DNA from: Podarcis liolepis
Taxonomy: Eukaryota
DNA length: 63,830 nucleotides
Direction: 5' to 3' (one strand)
Assembly: GCA_965112155.1 (NCBI GenBank)
Contig: OZ218100.1
Shown: positions 60,861 to 63,830 of the stretch, piece by piece
Layout: each line of letters begins with the position of its first letter
Position numbering within the stretch: the stretch's first letter is position 1
Made by a program: the position numbers and the translations under genes
The notes under the pieces: generated by a model
The model's input: the letters and a program-made list of their open reading frames with translations, nothing else
Databases searched by the model: none
What the model was told of the DNA's origin: nothing

Positions 60861-60925
60861 TCTTAAGTGGAGTCATGGAAAATACACTGATTAGTATTAA
60901 CATATGTTCTGATCTATATTCACAG

Positions 60926-61087
60926 ATAACAAGATTGTCTCTCATTTGCTGGTGGCTGAACCAGAGAAGATCTATGCCATGCCCGACCCCACTGTGCCAG
61001 ACAGTGACATCAAGGCCCTCACCACTCTTTGTGACCTGGCAGACAGAGAGCTGGTGGTCATCATTGGATGGGCTAAACATATTCCAG
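60926..61087 (+). CDS. ESRRG: ESRRG internal coding exon (162 bp, phase 1/1): start of ligand-binding domain
   Basis: cacAG acceptor ending 60925 and GT donor at 61088. Joins the previous exon in frame (T|AT = Tyr) and translates [54 protein letters not shown](G). Overlaps track ORF 60946..61149. Confidence 0.98.
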
Positions 61088-61866
61088 GTACAGAATCTAT
61101 AAACAAGTATATCTTACGAGATTTCAGTCTGTTAAAAACCATTACATAAAAGGTTAAATAAGAAAATAATACATGTGGGACATTAAATGCGGAGACCACA
61201 AGGTAATAATGACTAGTTATGCTGCCTCTCCTTTAAACTAGCATTATATGCTGGGCCCACCTTGGTCCCTGTGAATTGCACCCCTGCGGACAGGGTTTTA
61301 TTTCTTCTGGTTCTACCTTAGCAAAGCATGTAGGTTAAAATCCTTTGTGACATGCACATCCAACAAAGTCTTAATGGTCATAAAGCACTTGTGTGAAAAC
61401 TGTGTTGGTTTAATATTTCCACATGCTGCCCACATTCCACAGAAAATAAACAAGAGAATTTTGTCTTTTGCTTATACGTCTTGCCTCAGGCAACAGTAAC
61501 TGGAAATAACATTTTGGAAGGAGTCTGTACATATCAAACAACTTAAGCTTTCAGTTTAAGGTTCAGTGGAATTGTGCCTTCTGCCACACGCGCACCTTCC
61601 CACACCTACCCCATTTCACTTGCTTTGAATTTGTGTTGGCACACCTGTGTCCTAAAGCAGCTGACACTGTAGGCAGCCATGAACCATGAGTACAGGTGTA
61701 CCTTAATGTCTGCAGACAACATAACAGTTCTAGATTACATGACCAGTATGATCTGCAACCAATGCTTTGATTTTTTTCAAATAAATATTTAGCACTTCCT
61801 CCTTTAACAACATTCCTTGTCTTCAGGGTTGGCCCAATACATCTTGCTACCAGGAGTGAAGCAGCA

Positions 61867-61980
61867 ATTTATTTATTTATTGTGTTCATATCCCACCTTT
61901 TTGGCCAAGGAGTTTAAGGTGGCACACATGGTTCTCCTCCTTCTGTAATCCCTGTAGCAACCTAGGAGATGATTTGTGAC
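61867..61980 (-). mobile_element. 3' end of an L2-tailed SINE/LINE
   Basis: (ATTT)n then atatcccaccttttt..ccaaggagtttaaggtggcacacatggttctcc...caacctaggag. Confidence 0.55.
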
Positions 61981-62494
61981 ACCATGATCAGCTCCTTGGT
62001 TTGAGGAACTGAGGGCTATTCTCCACAGGCTGTTGGATTGGGCATTCAGACGAGAAATACGCACAGTGCCTGCTTATTTGGCATTGTTATTCACTTTGCT
62101 AAGAATATGTGCACAGATGCTTACCCCCCTCCAGTGTGTGGATAGGCCTAACTGTTTCAGAGTAGCCACATGAGTTGTGAAGATTTCAAGAGGATTTGAC
62201 AAAGAACATAAAATAGCTTCTGAGACTTTTTTTTTTTACTGCTCTCCTTAATGCTAGCTTAACACTTTGGATCAGGCACTGTCTCTTCCAGTGAATTTGA
62301 ACAATGCAAGGCACAATCCTGAATGATTCTAATTACTTCTCAAAACCAAATAATAAACAACTATCAATACACATCTAAATCATAATTTGCTTAGAAAGGA
62401 GGACAGTAACACACGTTCTGAAGCGCTCCGCATTTTCTTCACAGAAGAAATTTAGTTGTTCAGAGTTTGCATCACAAATGGCTTATAAACGAGC

Positions 62495-62810
62495 NNNNNN
62501 NNNNNNNNNNNNNNNNNNNNNNNNNNNNNNNNNNNNNNNNNNNNNNNNNNNNNNNNNNNNNNNNNNNNNNNNNNNNNNNNNNNNNNNNNNNNNNNNNNNN
62601 NNNNNNNNNNNNNNNNNNNNNNNNNNNNNNNNNNNNNNNNNNNNNNNNNNNNNNNNNNNNNNNNNNNNNNNNNNNNNNNNNNNNNNNNNNNNNNNNNNNN
62701 NNNNNNNNNNNNNNNNNNNNNNNNNNNNNNNNNNNNNNNNNNNNNNNNNNNNNNNNNNNNNNNNNNNNNNNNNNNNNNNNNNNNNNNNNNNNNNNNNNNN
62801 NNNNNNNNNN
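62495..62810. other. Assembly gap
   Basis: Run of N. Confidence 1.
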
Positions 62811-63830
62811 GATGAGCCCAAGCAAATTGTAAACTAATTTAAACATCACTCTGTATTATACTAGCTACTTTGTCTTACACTGGTTGCTAATAAAGCACCC
62901 CAGATTAAGTCAAAGCTAGTTAAATAGGTGAGTTTGAGTTTCATCTCTGGACAATGCCTACATCAGTCTTACCAATATGGGGGCATTTGCCCTAGAAGTC
63001 GGTCAATAACGCATCATGGTGATTGCCAAATATATTTTATCAGTTTGATTTGTGTTGCAAATACATGACATAGGTTTGCTTGTGGGTATGGAAGAAACCA
63101 GGCAATCTAGAGGGAGAGAAAACAATGGTTCATTCCCTCAGTTAGCAGCGAAAGCTGTTGGATGCTTAAAGACTGGCATTTTAAATTACAGACCAGGAAT
63201 CTGAACCAGTTGTGAGCTATTGAGGAATACTTCAACAGCAGGCCCATGGTCAGAGGAAAATTCAAAACCTGGCTTATGGTGGTATATTAAACCTATTAGC
63301 TAAATATACATACTGGTGTTCACTTGGCTAGAAGGAGATAAGAGATTGAATTGAGTACAGAACCTTCTGGTAGCCCTTTTTGAATGCAAAGTTTGTTAAA
63401 ATTTTCACTTATTGGTTGGAAGTAAGTCACCAAAATACTGAACGCATAAGGGCAAGATGCAAAAACCAGTGCTCTCAACGTGGTTACTTCAATTTTTAAT
63501 GATGTAGAATTTGAGTATCTACATTGTAACTTGATTTATGTATTTTATTGAAACTTTGGGTACCAGCATATTTTATTGCATACATTGCATTGCATACATT
63601 GCCATTGTGGGAGATCTTGTAACCAAGAGGCAGGATACATATTTTCTAAATTAATAAAATAAATATAGATAATATTTTTAAAAAACATAGTATAGTTATT
63701 ATTTATTTATCTTAATGTCCTTTATGGAGTCATTTAAGCAAATGTAGACGTGATCACTTCAGAATAATTCTCCAGGTTATTACAAATAAAATAAAATTAG
63801 TTCCAACCATCTTATTATTCAGGAAAAGGA

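Larger units (their letters stand above)
57434..60925 (+). other. ESRRG: ESRRG intron (GT-AG, about 3.5 kb, contains an N gap)
   Basis: GTAAGT...CACAG boundaries between two in-frame exons. Confidence 0.93.

Noticed and set aside
57323-61087. Assignment to ESRRB or ESRRA
   Set aside because: [53 protein letters not shown] is the ERR-gamma-specific sequence.
61088-61149. Read-through extension [19 protein letters not shown] as part of ESRRG
   Set aside because: Intron sequence after the GT donor; ERR-gamma homology ends at HIPG.

Overview
Vertebrate genomic DNA with four N gaps, most likely from a squamate and probably a lacertid lizard (Sauria SINE, Squam3-type SINE with CTT tail, lizard-type CR1/L2/RTE and Tc1-mariner/pogo-like MITEs). 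The window lies inside the nuclear receptor gene ESRRG (ERR-gamma) on the + strand. Two internal coding exons are present, 57323-57433 (C-terminal extension/hinge) and 60926-61087 (start of the ligand-binding domain), and they join in frame. Bases 1-57322 appear to be one large intron: I did not find the upstream zinc-finger exon, nor the downstream FSTLSLADQ exon. The intron holds at least 14 TA-flanked MITEs in 4 families, hAT-type MITEs, a long foldback element, CR1/L2/RTE fragments including a young CR1 nested in a MITE with a TSD, several tRNA-derived SINEs, candidate solo LTRs, microsatellites and a few TE-free blocks that look like conserved enhancers. Nearly all ORFs in the track are spurious or TE-derived. 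I see no CRISPR or prokaryotic system and no convincing new gene. The best leads are TE-level: MITE backbones with concerted motif changes and exchangeable hairpin cargo, SINEs with different tRNA heads on one CR1 tail, a templated repair-type insertion, and apparent loss of a hinge alternative acceptor in ESRRG. Family names come from my recognition of motifs, not from database searches.
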